64,000 nucleotides of DNA from Basidiobolus meristosporus CBS 931.73 (taxonomy: Eukaryota > Fungi > Basidiobolomycota), in contig MCFE01000316.1 of NCBI GenBank assembly GCA_002104905.1, positions 33,242-97,241 of the forward strand, read 5' to 3'. A program made the position numbers and the translations under genes. Every line of letters starts with the position of its first letter. The stretch's first letter is position 1. The notes under the pieces are model-generated. The model searched no databases and had not been told where the DNA came from. It was given only the letters and a program-made list of their open reading frames with translations. Positions 1 through 12,807 of this stretch are shown piece by piece.

Positions 1-1000
1 CCTAAATCACCGTCCAACCTGAATAGCTACCTGTATCCATTGCTGGATGACCTTTGTATGCTTTCCAGCAGTATATTAGCAAAAGGCATTCATGTCAAAA
101 TGCATATTATTATCTGCATTGGAGATACCCAAGAAGTTGGCAAAATAGCCAGCTTTTTTGGGCACAATGAACAATATTGCTGTTGAATGTGTGAGATCCA
201 GGGTACTTACTCCATAACTCAAGCACATTATTATTACTCAAACTCTAGCGCTAAGAGCATCATCTTCTCACAGATAGATTGTACAGAGGTCAGCATGCAG
301 TTGCAGCAAAGTTTGCAAGCTATAACCCATTGGCCAGAATATGGAATCAAATGGAAACCAGAGATAGTTAAGATAGAGGGTATCTGTTGGAGCAAAAGCA
401 TTTGCCTTGGAGCAATGCATTTGCTTTTCAACAGTATCCCTTTACTGATGACCTAGTTGTACATGGAACATTTGAAGCTAAATGGGCCCTTTGATATACC
501 AGAGAAACTTGAAAGAATTGGCAAGATATTAAAGAGTGTCTGCTACCCTAAGTACTTTTCACAGGCTCCAATCAATATTCATACACACATGCCACAAAAC
601 AAATGCAAAGACTGGATGAGCTGGCTATGTATTTATTCAAGTGGCATTTGGATGCCATTCTCACAAAGAGTATATTGGAAGCATTGGGAGTCAATATGTG
701 GACATTGTAGAAATATTTATCCAGATGCAGATCACCAATGCCAACTTGACACATCTACAGCTGTTATGCAAGGAGTGTGTAACAGGATTTGAGTGGCTAT
801 ACTACAAACATAAATCTGAGTACATAGATCTCTGCCATTACTGTATCCATGCTCTACTCCATCTTGCTTGGTGTGTGGAGAATATTGGGACTTGCTTCAC
901 CTTTTTGGAGTTTCCTATGGAGCAGATGTGTGGGGAGATAGAAAGATAAGTCAAGTTGCAGGTACTACCATAACCCAACCTCATCAAGAATATTACCTTG
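1..1000 (+). mobile_element. Degenerate CACTA/EnSpm (CMC superfamily) transposase pseudogene
   Basis: Across frames: HIIICIGDTQEVGKIASFFGHNEQYCC*MCEIQG, SICLGAMHLLFNSIP, FSQAPINIHTHMPQNKCKDWMSWLCIYS and FEWLYY...CIHALLHLAWCVENIG...EFPMEQMCG. These match fungal Tnp2-type motifs (GD.PA.AK..GH....CR.C; MHLLF; HALLH...G....FPMER.CG). Frameshifted, with TGA where Arg is expected (CxxC motif at ~184). Confidence 0.8.
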
Positions 1001-1244
1001 AAGTCCATCATGGATGTGAAGAGTTGGCACATGGATGATAGCCAGGAAGAGTTGGAAAATACTGAGGACAGATGTGCACATGAAGACACCTATGCCTATG
1101 ACATTAAGAAGCTAAGCAGCCCCATGCGTGGGTAATCATTTAGGTAATGAAAAGTTGGGTTGGGTGCAACAAGCAACTAACTTTGATTAGGAGCACTTTA
1201 CTAAGGTAAGCCAGATTTCTTTTGGTTGCAAGCTAACTTCTACA

Positions 1245-2074
1245 TCATTCAATACAGAATTCACACAAACCAAAGTCAGAGTGCACCTATAATGGGGGCT
1301 AGAACTGAGCAGGGAGAAGGAATATATAGGCTAAAGACCAAAAAGGTTTTCTGTGGATATTTAGAAGGTAATTGTGGCAAAGGTGGTGGCCACTGAGCAT
1401 ATGTTTGCAAGATGTATATGTTACCAGCAGTACAAGGTATATGGCAACTTTGCAAGTATCACACCAGAAAGCTGTAAGGTTGAGGTGATAGAAGCATGGT
1501 AATTGCAGCAGGTCTGCATGTTTGTAGAGGTTGGTAAGCTGGAGGCCATAGTTTTTATGATATGAACTATGTGTTGAATACCCAAGGAAGTAGTAGGTAA
1601 GCAAATAAAGAGGGGTGATTCTACAGTGGAATATATAAATTGCTCAAGGAGTGGTTGAAAAAGGAAATACCATTTGGTAAATTGGTATGGTAGCATTGTA
1701 CAGAACTAGCTGTAGGCTGCTACTCTGCTGTAGAAATGCCATCAGAGACTAACAATGAGGCTGTCAAACACTGTCAGGTTTTTGCCATATAAGGCAACTG
1801 GATGTACTAGCTAGCTAGATCCACTTAAAATAGTGAAGAGTGCATCAAGACCACAGCAATGCCATGCAAATATTGCTACAGTATAAATAAAACCCTGTTA
1901 AGTTTTTAACTTTATTTGGCAGTAAAATTAGCCAAATGCCATTGTGATCCTGTTATAAGATTACTAAGAGGGTCACCAATTCTAACCTGCTGGTATTATG
2001 ACAGTTTCCAAACAAGATCCTGTTGGCTGATCTGGATTGGAGCCACCTGTGGGACCATATTATTTTTCATAGGG
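1245..2074. repeat. ~0.85-kb degenerate repeat unit, copy 1 (full)
   Basis: Shares blocks such as TTTGCAAGTATCACACC, CTTTATTTGGCAGTA and GCTGATCTGGATTGGA with copies at 2770-3642 and 7480-8690. Ends in TTTTTCATAGGG. Confidence 0.8.
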
Positions 2075-2466
2075 ATTGAGTTTTAGCATGTCATCATCTG
2101 GCTTCCTCTTCACATTGAAGAACTTTTGCTTTAAATACAGCTTGGTTGATACTGACTTTGCTCTGAATATCTTCTACATGGATCCCCATGCTGCTTTGGC
2201 TGTATTTGAAGCATGAATTTGTCCAATGAAGGAATCTTGCACATTAATGCATATGGTATTAATGGCCTTTCTCTCCTTCTCTTGAAACTTCTCTGCTTTA
2301 TCTGCTGTTCCTTTGGCTCAACTTCTTTTCCTGTGACTATATTTCAAAGCTTTGTCTCCTTAAGGTGGATCTGCATCTTGATTCTCCAAAGTCTGTAGTT
2401 CTTCCCATCAAGCCTCTCTTTTACAGGGAGGGTGTTTGTATTGTTCTGTTTGCTGGTAGATATCAT
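2075..2466 (-). mobile_element. Ty1/copia gag N-terminal fragment (pseudogene)
   Basis: MISTSK...LDGKNYRLWRIKMQIHLKETKL*NIVTG, then after a frameshift KAINTICINVQDS...TAKAAW...SVSTKLYLKQKFFNVKR. Typical copia gag N-terminus. Confidence 0.8.
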
Positions 2467-2491
2467 CTTTAGAATAGATTAAGGTAATCAA

Positions 2492-2769
2492 GGCTCATAA
2501 CTTGTTGCAATTTAAGAAGTATTATAACTGTAACACTAAGTAAGGGGGTTTCTCAACACTCAGGAGTGTTCTGCAACATTCTCAGAGTTAGTATATACTG
2601 TTTGGTAAAAGTGCTAATCTGATCTTAGGAAAACAATCATAGGATCATTGATCTGAGGAAAGTGGCAAAGTTAGAGCTGCAAGTTAGTCCTAAGTCACCA
2701 GGACTAGTTCAGAACTGTTGAGTAAGTTTTTAGCTGCTGAATGATACCAAATAGTCCAGTATTTCAGCA
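2492..2769 (-). mobile_element. Copia primer-binding site (2492-2502) and probable 5' LTR (2503-~2769)
   Basis: Minus strand reads ...TGCAACA|AGTTATGAGCC just upstream of gag, resembling the GGTTATGGGCC-type copia PBS. The candidate LTR starts TGCTGAAAT and ends ATTGCAACA. Outer LTR boundary is uncertain. Confidence 0.55.
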
Positions 2770-3642
2770 GAAGCAGACAAAGAGGGATGATTATACAGTG
2801 AAATATATGAATGCCATAAGGGGAGGCAGAGCACCATCAGGTTTCTTGCCATATAAGACAGTTGGATATATTGGCTGTCTTGGTCTGCCCAACTTTATGT
2901 AGAGTTCATGAAGACCATTGGAACGCTATGTAGTTCTTGTCAAAAGACCGCCACATACTCTCAGGTTTTGAACTTTATTTGGCAGTAAAATCAGCAAAGC
3001 ACCATGATTAGACTGTCAGAAAACTGTGTGGAGGGTCAATAACTCTAACCTATTAGCATTTTGACAAACTCATTGTGGGATCCTGATGGCTGAGCTGGAT
3101 TGGATTCATGTGTATTACCAAATTATTTCTCATAGGCCATACATGGAATACCCACAGAAGTACTTGGTACATAAATAAACTGTAGTGATTCTACACTTCA
3201 ATATATGAATGGCACAAGAGGAGGTAGCACAAGGAATTACCATTTGGTAGATTGGTACAATTGCATTATACAGTACCATCTGTAGGCTGCTCTAGTGCCA
3301 TTATAATGCAGACAGATATCTGCATCAAGGTTGTCAGGACATCTTCAAGTTTTTTCCATTTAGGGTATATGCATGTATTGGCAGGTTGGGCTACTCAAAT
3401 AAGAGTAGGCTGCTATAAGACTGTTAGAGTGCCCTTTAAGTCCCATTAGTGAACTACCAAAACACTATCAATAGTATCTACCTATTCTGTAGTAAAATCA
3501 GCAAACACCATCACAATTCCATCATAGGATTGTAATTAGGCTCAATAATTCCAATCTGCTTGCATTATGACAGCCTCATTGCAGGATTGTGAAGGTGGAT
3601 CCAGATCTAATCCCCCTGCTGGACCAAATTAGCTTTCATAGG
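2770..3642. repeat. ~0.85-kb repeat, partial tandem copies 2 and 3
   Basis: Two successive partial units ending at CTCATAGG (3136) and TTTCATAGG (3642), homologous to 1560-2074. Confidence 0.75.
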
Positions 3643-6310
3643 ACTCCATAGCCCTGCTAGCATGTGACTTTGGTATGTGCCCTATAGCAATGGGCCACTC
3701 TATGTTTGCTAGCTCCCATCTATCCTGGTATTCAGCTGGCTCTGTCTAAAATGGTGCATATGGACATGGTGGTCAACAGGTTGCTTCTCTCTGCAAGCTC
3801 ACTTACCTCACTAAATTGAAGCTGAACTAGCTTAACCTCCAGCTCTTATCAGAACTGCTATAGTGTTGTTAGTAATTTTCTTGGCTATTACACGTATCAG
3901 TCTGCTTTAGGTCAATGCAGTTGAATGGTGAAGGTAACAGCTTTAACTGTGCAATCAGTGAAAAGTATTTGAATACTTGATCAGCATATTTTCAATTTAT
4001 CCATTAAACTACTCATTGACACTATTAGTTCTGGGGTGATATGCTACAGCTTGAATTGTTTAATCTGCTAGATTTCCAGGTAAGCTTCCAATATTTTTTC
4101 CATAAAGTATGCTGCTCAATCAGAGAAGATTTCCACAGGGCTTTCAACCTTTATCAGGATCTCATGACAGCTGAAACTTGGTGCATCCAAACTCTGTCAG
4201 GATCCAATATTAGATGAACTTGTAACTTTGTGTTCACTGTCCACTGGTACAGCTTTAGCCACTGGCCATTTGGTGGCATGGTCAATTGCTACTAAAGTAC
4301 ACCAAACCTATCTTCTAATAGTGGGCAGTCTTTCAAGAGAGTTAACTCCCCAACTCTCAAATGGTCTTACTGGCTCCAAGGGAAAAGCTCAGCAATTCTT
4401 AATGGTTGACCTTGGTTGATTTAGCAACTTTAACAGGCATCTTTTTCTCATGCATTGGATAGTTTTGTGTTGCTAAGTTCAATTTCTTAAGTTTGAAAGT
4501 GACTGGTCATTCTTTTACTTCATGCTGTTGGCTTAATTCTCTACTAATTACATAATCTGAAGCATTGGTGCAGAAAGTAAAGTCTTTTCTGAGGTTAGAT
4601 ATCTTTAATCTGGGCAGCTTGGCAGGTTCATTTTTCAGTGTCTGTAATGCAGCCAGACAGGCTATGTTTCACTTCAAGGTGATGTCTTTTGTGAGGAGAT
4701 CAGTCAACAAGGCTGCAATACTTGCAACAGACTTGACAAATCTGCAATAATAGGAAATTATTCCAAGATACTATCTGAGCTCTCAAATACTATGATACTG
4801 CTTCAAATTCTTGATAAATTCTACTTTCTTGGGGCCCAGGATCACTTTTGTGCTACTCACTATGTGTCCCAGCTATTCAAATTTTTCCTAATATATCACA
4901 CACTTTGCTAGCTTGTCATAGACTTAAAAGTTCATCTGGAAATATATTTGACTATCCCTTTGGAAAAATCTAAGCTGTTTGGGGAACTGGAGTAGTGTAA
5001 TAATCCTGTTTCACCACTATGAGAAACATCCAGATACCTTTCCTAAGTGCTCCACAGAACTGCATCTTGCCAAGCTCACTTGTGTCCAACACACAGGAAT
5101 TGACCAAGTCAAAATCCAGTTTGGCAGGTGGTAGCTCATAAGTCTGGTTGCCATTTGGATCTGAGTTGCATGGGTTCCCCAATGAATTGATGGACTATAG
5201 TGAAATACTCATGTTTTTCCAAGTACCAGGTCAAATTTGCAGTTTCCAAATATGTAGGGCTGTAGACCTTCTTCAAAGTCAGTGATCTTCATTTGTGCAG
5301 GTCAAGTAATATGGTTGACTAAGTGAGAGTTCCCATTGGTTGTTGAAGCTTAAGCTGATTTGGCAGTTTCTAAGTCAAATCCAGCTTTCAATGCACATTG
5401 CTCTCACATATACTTGTGTGATGCTTCTGAGTGATTCATGCTCCTGGCTGGTACTTCACTGATTACTCCATTCAAGTATAATATTTCTCCTGGGCTTGAG
5501 CTCACTTGGGACAAGTATTTTTCTGCATATGAAATGCAAGTTCCAAGTCTTATTCCTGTTCATCCTCAACCTCACTGTGTTCTTGGGCTTCAATTTGGCT
5601 GAAGGCTCTTATTAACTGGTGTTCATTTCTTCCCTGAGAGCAGTACTTTGAGATGAGCACATGCTGGTGGCATTTGAAACAAAGTAATTTCTGTGGCAAT
5701 ATTCTAAGGAGTATTGGAAGTGATGTGGAGAACTAGAGGATTTAGATATTGGTTACTTGTGAATTTATTGATCAGAAGTGTGGTATTTATACCTTTGATA
5801 AATTAGAGCAAGCAAATATGTAGAGTCTGTTAAGGAAGGTCCCAAGAATATGTGTGCAAAGTTTGGGGCTTTTTTGAGAAAGATCATAATCTGGGTATCA
5901 GATCATTAGGTTAAAATACTCTAAGTAAATCCTGACAGGAAACTTGGTCAGGACAGAATGCTAATCAAAGAATAAGATCTATGTGACTAAGTTAGCATGT
6001 ATATTTTGGTGACAACTTAAAAATTACAACAGTCCCAAGAGCGTGTGTGCAAAGTTTGTTAGGTGACAACTTGATAATTAACTCTAAACATAGCTGAGTC
6101 ATGGTCAATGGCAAGCTTGATGGCTTCTTCAAAAGTCCAGGGTATTTCAAAATTCACTTCCTTGCAAGTTTTTTCTTGCAACCCATCAACAGAGTAAGCA
6201 ACTTGACCCTGGGGGTGCATTCTTTCAATCTGTGCAAGAAGACATCTATACTAGAGCTGAGCTTATGCAAAAACTGGAGCTTTAACATACACAACAATGT
6301 AATCCTGTGA
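3643..6310 (-). mobile_element. Ty3/gypsy LTR-retrotransposon relic (gag, Zn knuckle, protease, RT end, RNase H, integrase), with internal deletions and an insertion at ~5700-6060
   Basis: gag: GLQEKTCKEVNFEIPWTFEEAIKLAIDHD. Knuckle: LCFKCHQH..ISKYC. Protease: LNGVISEVPARSMNHSEASH...FDLVLG. RT/connection: LGHIVS...YLGIISYYCRFVK...TNASDY. Integrase: PFESWG...LVAIDHATKWPVAKAV...EIFSD*A...AYHPRTN..E*FNG. Many stops and frameshifts. Confidence 0.85.
5835..6060. repeat. ~200-bp module also found at ~9000-9260
   Basis: TCCCAAGA.....GTGCAAAGTTT at 5841 and 6033 versus TCCCAAGAG...TGCCAAGTTT at 9083. TCCTGACA and GTGAC(C/T)AAGTTA blocks are shared in the same order. Confidence 0.45.
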
Positions 6311-7479
6311 ACACTTGTTGTGCATCAACATTTAAAACTTAGCCTATTTAACTCTGTTAGAAAATCTAGTACCCTTACTGATTTTCCCTAACCCAAGCAT
6401 AAATAATCCCAGTTATGGTTTATTTTTGTTACAAGTCTTGGTATAAGAGTTGTAGAGGAATAGGGAGTTTAGTCAGTATTGTATTCACTTAAACTTGAAC
6501 TGATTTCTATTGAGGTTCCAACAGCTTCTTGTATACATTTTGGGCAGATCAATTGCTGACTAATTGCATATCCCAATGTAGGTTGTGGCTGATGACACAT
6601 TTGATTGCATCATCATTACCCAATAAGATCCTACTTGATATATCTATTCTTGTCTGATAAGGATCTGCTGACTCATCTGCTGACTAATGCCTACTGATTT
6701 GATAGATAACACTGATATACTGATAGACTAAACATATAGCTAATTGATTTGACTATAAACTGATTGTACTTAAGCATTCAAGCAGTAGATCATAACAATT
6801 TATCACTTCTCAGAGTCTATTTTTGGCTGTCACGCCTAATCATTTTTCATGTGGTCATTACATCTGCAACTGATCTGCTAGGCCTTTCTAAGTAATTAGT
6901 CATCTGAGATCTATCCAACCACTTAGCAGTTGCCAATATATCAGCTGATTGATGATGCAATGTCTCATTATCTATTGCACCTATGAACACCCCAACAGAT
7001 TTTAATTAGTCCAGTCTCTTGTTGCTTACTAATTCAACTTGATCAGAAAAACATAAAATAGAGATTACTGAACCTTTTAGTTTAGTGTGTGTCTTAACAA
7101 AATTAAGATTGTGCCTTAGCAAAATTAAGTACTCAACAACTCTGTTCTAGTTTCTGCCCAAGCCTAGCATATCTAGCATTCCAAAGAACACCAAGCCTAG
7201 CCTGCATAGCAAGCCAACTCTGTTGCCACTATAGCCCAATTCAGCTATATACAAGACCAATATTAGACCAGAACCTCTCTGCCAATATATCTGTCACTCA
7301 GAACAACTCTAAGATTCTGCACTTAGTAGTCACTTATGTTCAATTAAGTCATTCAGGAGCTTATTACACTTTTCTCTTGAATACAACAATGCTACACTAC
7401 TGGAATGGATAGTCTATTTTGCAACATCTAGAGATGTCAAGAAAACATACACCTTGATATATGGTGATTTATGCAGAAT

Positions 7480-8690
7480 TTTGATACAAAGAACTTTATA
7501 TGTGTAATGGCAATTGGATGTCCTGGCCAATTGGATTCACTTAAAGTAGTTATAGAGCACTAAAAGACTGCAATAATACCATGCAAATATTGTCACAGCA
7601 CCAATAAAATATTGTCAAGTTTTATCCCTTTATTTGGTTGTAAAATTAGCAAAACACTGTCATGATCCCACCAAAAGATTGTCAGGAGGGTCACTAATTC
7701 CAAGCTGGTGGTATTATGATGGTCTCTAAGCAGGATCCTGATGGCTGATCTGGATTGGATCTACCTGCAGGACCAAGTTATTTTTCATAGGGTTTAATGA
7801 AAGCCATATATTCTACTTGTTCTCTCCACCACTTCTGATATCCCCAAAACTGATACAACAGGTACAAGCCAATATCTACAGCATTCAATACAGAGTTTGC
7901 ATAAACAAGTGCTGAATTACACCTTACAAGAGACTAGAATCCAGCTGGGACCAGGAACACACTGGCTAAGTACCAAAAAGTATTTGTAGATATTCAAGAA
8001 GTACTGATGGCAAAAGTGGTGAAAACCAAGCTTATATTGGCAAGATGTATATATTACCAGCCACAAAGGTTATGTGGTAGCTTTGCAAGTATCACACCTA
8101 AAAGCCATAAAGCTGAGGTAATTTATGCATGTCAATTGCAGTGGGTATGCATATATGTATAAAGGCTAGTGAGCAGGGGCCAGAGTTGTCTTGATTTAAG
8201 CTATATGTGGAATACCTATGGTAGTGGTGGGTGAGCAAATAAACAAAAGTGATTCTACAGTGGAATATATGCATGGCCTATGAGGAGGTAGAAAAAGAAA
8301 TACCATTTAGTAAGTAGGTATGATAGCATCATATAGGACTAGCAATAAAGGGCTGCTTTACTGCTGTGTTAAAGCCAACAGATGTATGTATTGAGGCCTT
8401 TAAAATATTGTCAGGTTCTTAACATAGTAGGCAACTGCATGTATTGGCTGGTTAGGTCTGCTCAGATAAATGCAAACTGCATAAAGAATGAGTGAATGAT
8501 ATGCAAGCCTGGCAAAAAGACTGTCAAGTTTATTACTTTATTTGGCAGTATGTTCAGCAAAACATCAACATAATCCTGCTATAAGAATGTAAAGCAGGTC
8601 AAGACTTCCAAGCTGCTGGCATGATAACAGCCTCATTGTGGGATCCTGATCCAGTTCACATCCACCTGCAGAATTAAATGATTTTCATAG
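7480..8690. repeat. ~0.85-kb repeat, partial copy 4 and full copy 5 in tandem
   Basis: Ends TTTTTCATAGGG (7792) and ATTTTCATAG (8690). 7880-8690 is collinear with 1245-2074. Confidence 0.8.
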
Positions 8691-9790
8691 TGGGGCTTGC
8701 TGAAAAAGGCAATTTGTCTACCACAGCCTCCACATCCTACATTGGAGATTGTGTGGAGATCCCACTGATAGGCAAAGCAACAACACCAAGAAGTCAGAGG
8801 ACTATCACAATGCCCAAAGTAGAGTTTTGGAACAGTAACAGGCACACTAAGAGGTGCAGCACTTCTGCAGGAGCAGTACTCAAGAAATTCACTTCAATGT
8901 TGCAAGGATTTCTTGCCAAGTCTGGCAGATGAGGTGCTATACCTTGCAGTGCCAGCTGAAGACAAGAACATATGCAAACCAGGAAACAAGTAGGTAATGA
9001 ACCAAGTGACCAAGTTAGGTGAATATTCAGGTGTAATTACAAAATTTACCACAAGAAGCACATAGATTGTGTCTAAGAGGATCCCAAGAGCTTCTATGCC
9101 AAGTTTTGAGCTTTACAAATTTTTCATCTCCTATGTACCTGATAGTTTAGTAAGGTGGTTAGTTGATCCTGACAAAAATTTGTGCCACATACTCTATGAC
9201 TCATTTTCTTTGATCAAATAAGTGACCAAGTTAATGGAGTATTTAGATGAAAAAACCAAAATTGATAACAAGGCCCAATATATACATTCCTGAAAGCCTA
9301 AAGAAAGAAATTAACAAAAGGTCAGCAGAATACAATTGTAATGTCTGCAGAATTGCAACTTTCCCAAAAGTGACAACACTTGTTATCTTAGGTACTAGCT
9401 TCTCAGCAGACAAGCAGGCATCCTTTCCAGGGGGAGACTAGGCTAATTAGCATCCATACCAAATTTGGTAATCAGTTGCTTATTGCTTCCACCAAAAGTT
9501 GCAACTGAAAATTTGAAGCAGAAACACCAACTGAATACCAGTAAGATACCATCAGAATACAAGGTGAATACTAGCTAAGAATCCAATGATTTCCAACTTT
9601 GAGATTTTTCACAGGGAAATCAAATATAGCTATAAGCAACTGCTTGTTTGGGCTGTATACATTTATTTCTAGCAACACAAGCATTGGGGGGTTCAGATGT
9701 TTCCACTAACACCAAACTGCCTTCTATTAATGTGGTCTCTGCACAGCTTGACACCAGGCCGATTCTGTTCAAGAATATCAAGTGACTCTA

Positions 9791-11940
9791 CTAAGAAACA
9801 GGTGAAGGTGGTCTGGGGTTATGTTGAGGGCATCTAAACACTTTGATTTCCCCAGCATGATTTCTTTGCTGCTCTGCTGGGGTCAAATTTGGCCACTGAA
9901 CCTCTAACGCATCCAGTAGTCTGGTCTCATCTATGAAAGGGAGCAATGCAGGGGCCTCCCAGGATGCGTTGGTCCCTACCATATCTACGGGATGCTTCTT
10001 TGGGTAGAGATCAATGATAGGGGAAGCAGGATCCACCATGAGCTTTCGATAACTGAGAGGCAAAAGATCACATGAGCTAGCTGGGAGCACGCTCATCAGA
10101 TGTTCTAGAGGCCGAAAGGGTGCACCAAGGCTAAACTTCATGTCAAACGGCGGGAAGGCTTGCAACTCGGAGACCAGTGGTGCGTAATGGTAGGGATAAA
10201 ACCAACTCCAAGATACTACGCCACGATAATAGTAATGTAGAAGCCATTGAATCCCTTCAATGTAATGCTGTACCACTCGGTTGATGCTAGATCTATCATT
10301 GAAGTCTAGATCAAATTTTGACTTGTAATAATGAGACTTCCACCGAAGATATCCGTCTGTCATTGATTAAGGTAAGCTATGGGGTTCAGTATCTGTCGTA
10401 AATTAACAATACCTGTCTCAACTGGCTTGGTGAACCGTCGGGGATCCTCCAAATAATCTCGTTGAGAACGACTTCTGAATTCCTCGTCTTCGTGGGAGGA
10501 AAGGCGGGCAACAAACGCCCTCAGACGGCAAAGGTCAACAGCCCCCTGGTGATTAATGTAGCCGTCGATCTCTACGAGGGTGAGACGTTAGCTCAGGTTG
10601 GCCAGCGATCTCATAGGAATAGAATTTACCTCCGTCCTGAACAAGAGACTTGTATGTGCTTAACACATATTCCAGAGGATCCCTGACCGTGTTCAGCATC
10701 GGCAGTCTAGGCAGGAAGTCATTTCCCACAAAAAAGGTCAACATCACGATATCATCTATGATTTTCTCCAAGTCGTAGTCAAAATGCTCCAATGCCTGGA
10801 AAGAAGCGAACTCGTGTTCGAAATACTTCCTTAATGTAGAAAGTCGGAAGAGCGTGAAATTTTGTGGGTTCAGGGGTTGGCTGGAAACCCAGGCGGTGAG
10901 TGTGGGAGTAAGAGATACGGGCCAGACTAGAGTTTACCTTCGGTTTTTGGAGCCAACCCTGCTCGGAGTGAGCTTCTCCTTCATCACCACAAAATTCGGC
11001 TCGTGACTGAGCAAGCCTAGGATAATCAAGTCGGAGTCGGAGCCATAGAGGCAGTGTCGATGATCTGGGCTGTAATCAGACGATTCGCTGGCGTTCCTTA
11101 GGAATTCCAAAATTTTGTGCTCTCCCTCGCCTGGCACCTATGCTTAAGTTTGTGAATTGATTCGCTCCATGTGCTAAGGCTGCATGTTGATGTACCTCGT
11201 GGTTTGACACCAGCACCTGGAGCTTTTGCCAATCGGCATCTTTAGATACCTGCCTGCGGACAAAATCCTCGAGGTGAGAGGAAAGGTCGTTCATGAATTC
11301 GGTGCCTGGTTTATGAAGTTGGTTTAGCATGGTGTATAGATATACAAGTACGCGCGAGACAGAAAAACTATACCTGGTGTGATACTATTGGTGTCAAAGG
11401 CTCTAGTGTTTTTCGAGTTTCTGGCCAAGCTTTGAACGCTACTAAAGCGCCTGGCTCTTTGCTGATTTAATTTTGCTCTAGGAGAAACCCCTAACTTGAT
11501 GAACCAAGGCTCAGCCCGTGTTATCACTACCACACAGGCAAGTGAACTGACCGTCAATCGCAACGAACAAGAGCTTTTTCGGCTTTATCCTCTTCACCAG
11601 ATATGCCAGATAGCTTGTTACTGCTCCGAAAACAGTTTCTTCCGAGAATTTCGTTTTTGGAGCAGCCAATCTTGCCTGACAAGAAGAATGGATAATCCCA
11701 TTCAGATCCACATACAGGTTATCTATATTCTTTACTTTTGGACACGCATCAGCCAGGGTCTTTCCACATTCTCCCAAGGGACACTTACGGTAGTTGCAAA
11801 CACGGTTTTCATTTACATGTTGAAAACATTGGGGGTACTTTTGGCTGTTTGTTTCGAAGAAAGCGGTTAGGATGTCTTTCGATAATGTGGAGTGAGTCAT
11901 TCTTTAACCTCAACCACCGATAGAAGTTCGGGATGCCCAT
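9791..11940 (-). CDS. Short XRN-family 5'-3' exoribonuclease (catalytic core only, multi-exon)
   Basis: MGIPNFYRWL|SQKYP...DNLYVDLNGIIH, VAIDG|VSPRAKLNQQRARRF, TPGTEFM, PGEGEHKI, LYGSDSDLIILGL, FVGNDFLP, YIEGIQWLLHYYYRGVVSWSWFYPYHYAP, PFRPLEHLMSVLP. GT-AG introns between blocks. Confidence 0.9.
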
Positions 11941-12807
11941 GTCGCTTTCAAGGCTGCCACACTGGACCTGGAGAGAATCCGGATGCAATACAATTATGGC
12001 CTTGATAAATAGCTCAATAAATCTCATCAGCGATAGGCTCAAATCAGATGATTAATTAGCAGAAATCACAATCGTGACAATTTCTCTGGAACACTACCCA
12101 CGATTCCTCTATCCCGTGAGAAGAACCAATGGTGCCCGTCTGCGGGATCTCTGTGAACTGAAGCTTGTTGCAAAGAAAAGGCATACCTGGGCATAATACG
12201 AGGCATACGCACTCTCACGAAACACTCTCCCTTGGCCTAATCTGTCGCTGTCCTCCACACACAATCCAATGGTGCGAGCGATGGTTGGCAAATCAATGAA
12301 GGGGGGAAATCGATGCCTTAGCCATTGTTTATGAAGGTGTTCGAAGTGCCAACGAGGTGGTAGGGTTATCCAGATCCTGCCAACACATGCGGAGCAAACA
12401 AACTTGCTGCTACGTGATGTATGTCTCGAGGTGAGCGTGCCATAGATCGCTCCTGACTTGATCCATTGATTCAACTAAACGATTGGAACGGGTTCCCATA
12501 TTTGACCAGGGTGCGTCATAGTGCCAAAATGGAACTCCTCACAAGGTCATCCACACAATCGCTTCGAGCCTCATATTCGTAGCAGCTGGTATGACTCTGG
12601 ATGGTATGGTCATTTTATGCGCATCATGCGTCATCTTCTGAACAATGGACAGTCTCACTAGGAGAATTGCACAATTCGCTCAAAATCCATTGAATAAATC
12701 GCAGGAGTGGCGGCTATTTGATTTCGGTCGGTCATTGATTCCTATATCTCTAAACCAGACTCAACCTTAATCCACTAATCCACCGCCATATTTTGACCTT
12801 TTGAACC

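Noticed and set aside
1590-1700. Chromodomain-like RKRKYHLVNWYG or CxxC motifs in translations of the 0.85-kb repeat
   Set aside because: Frames are inconsistent between copies and the similarity is too short.
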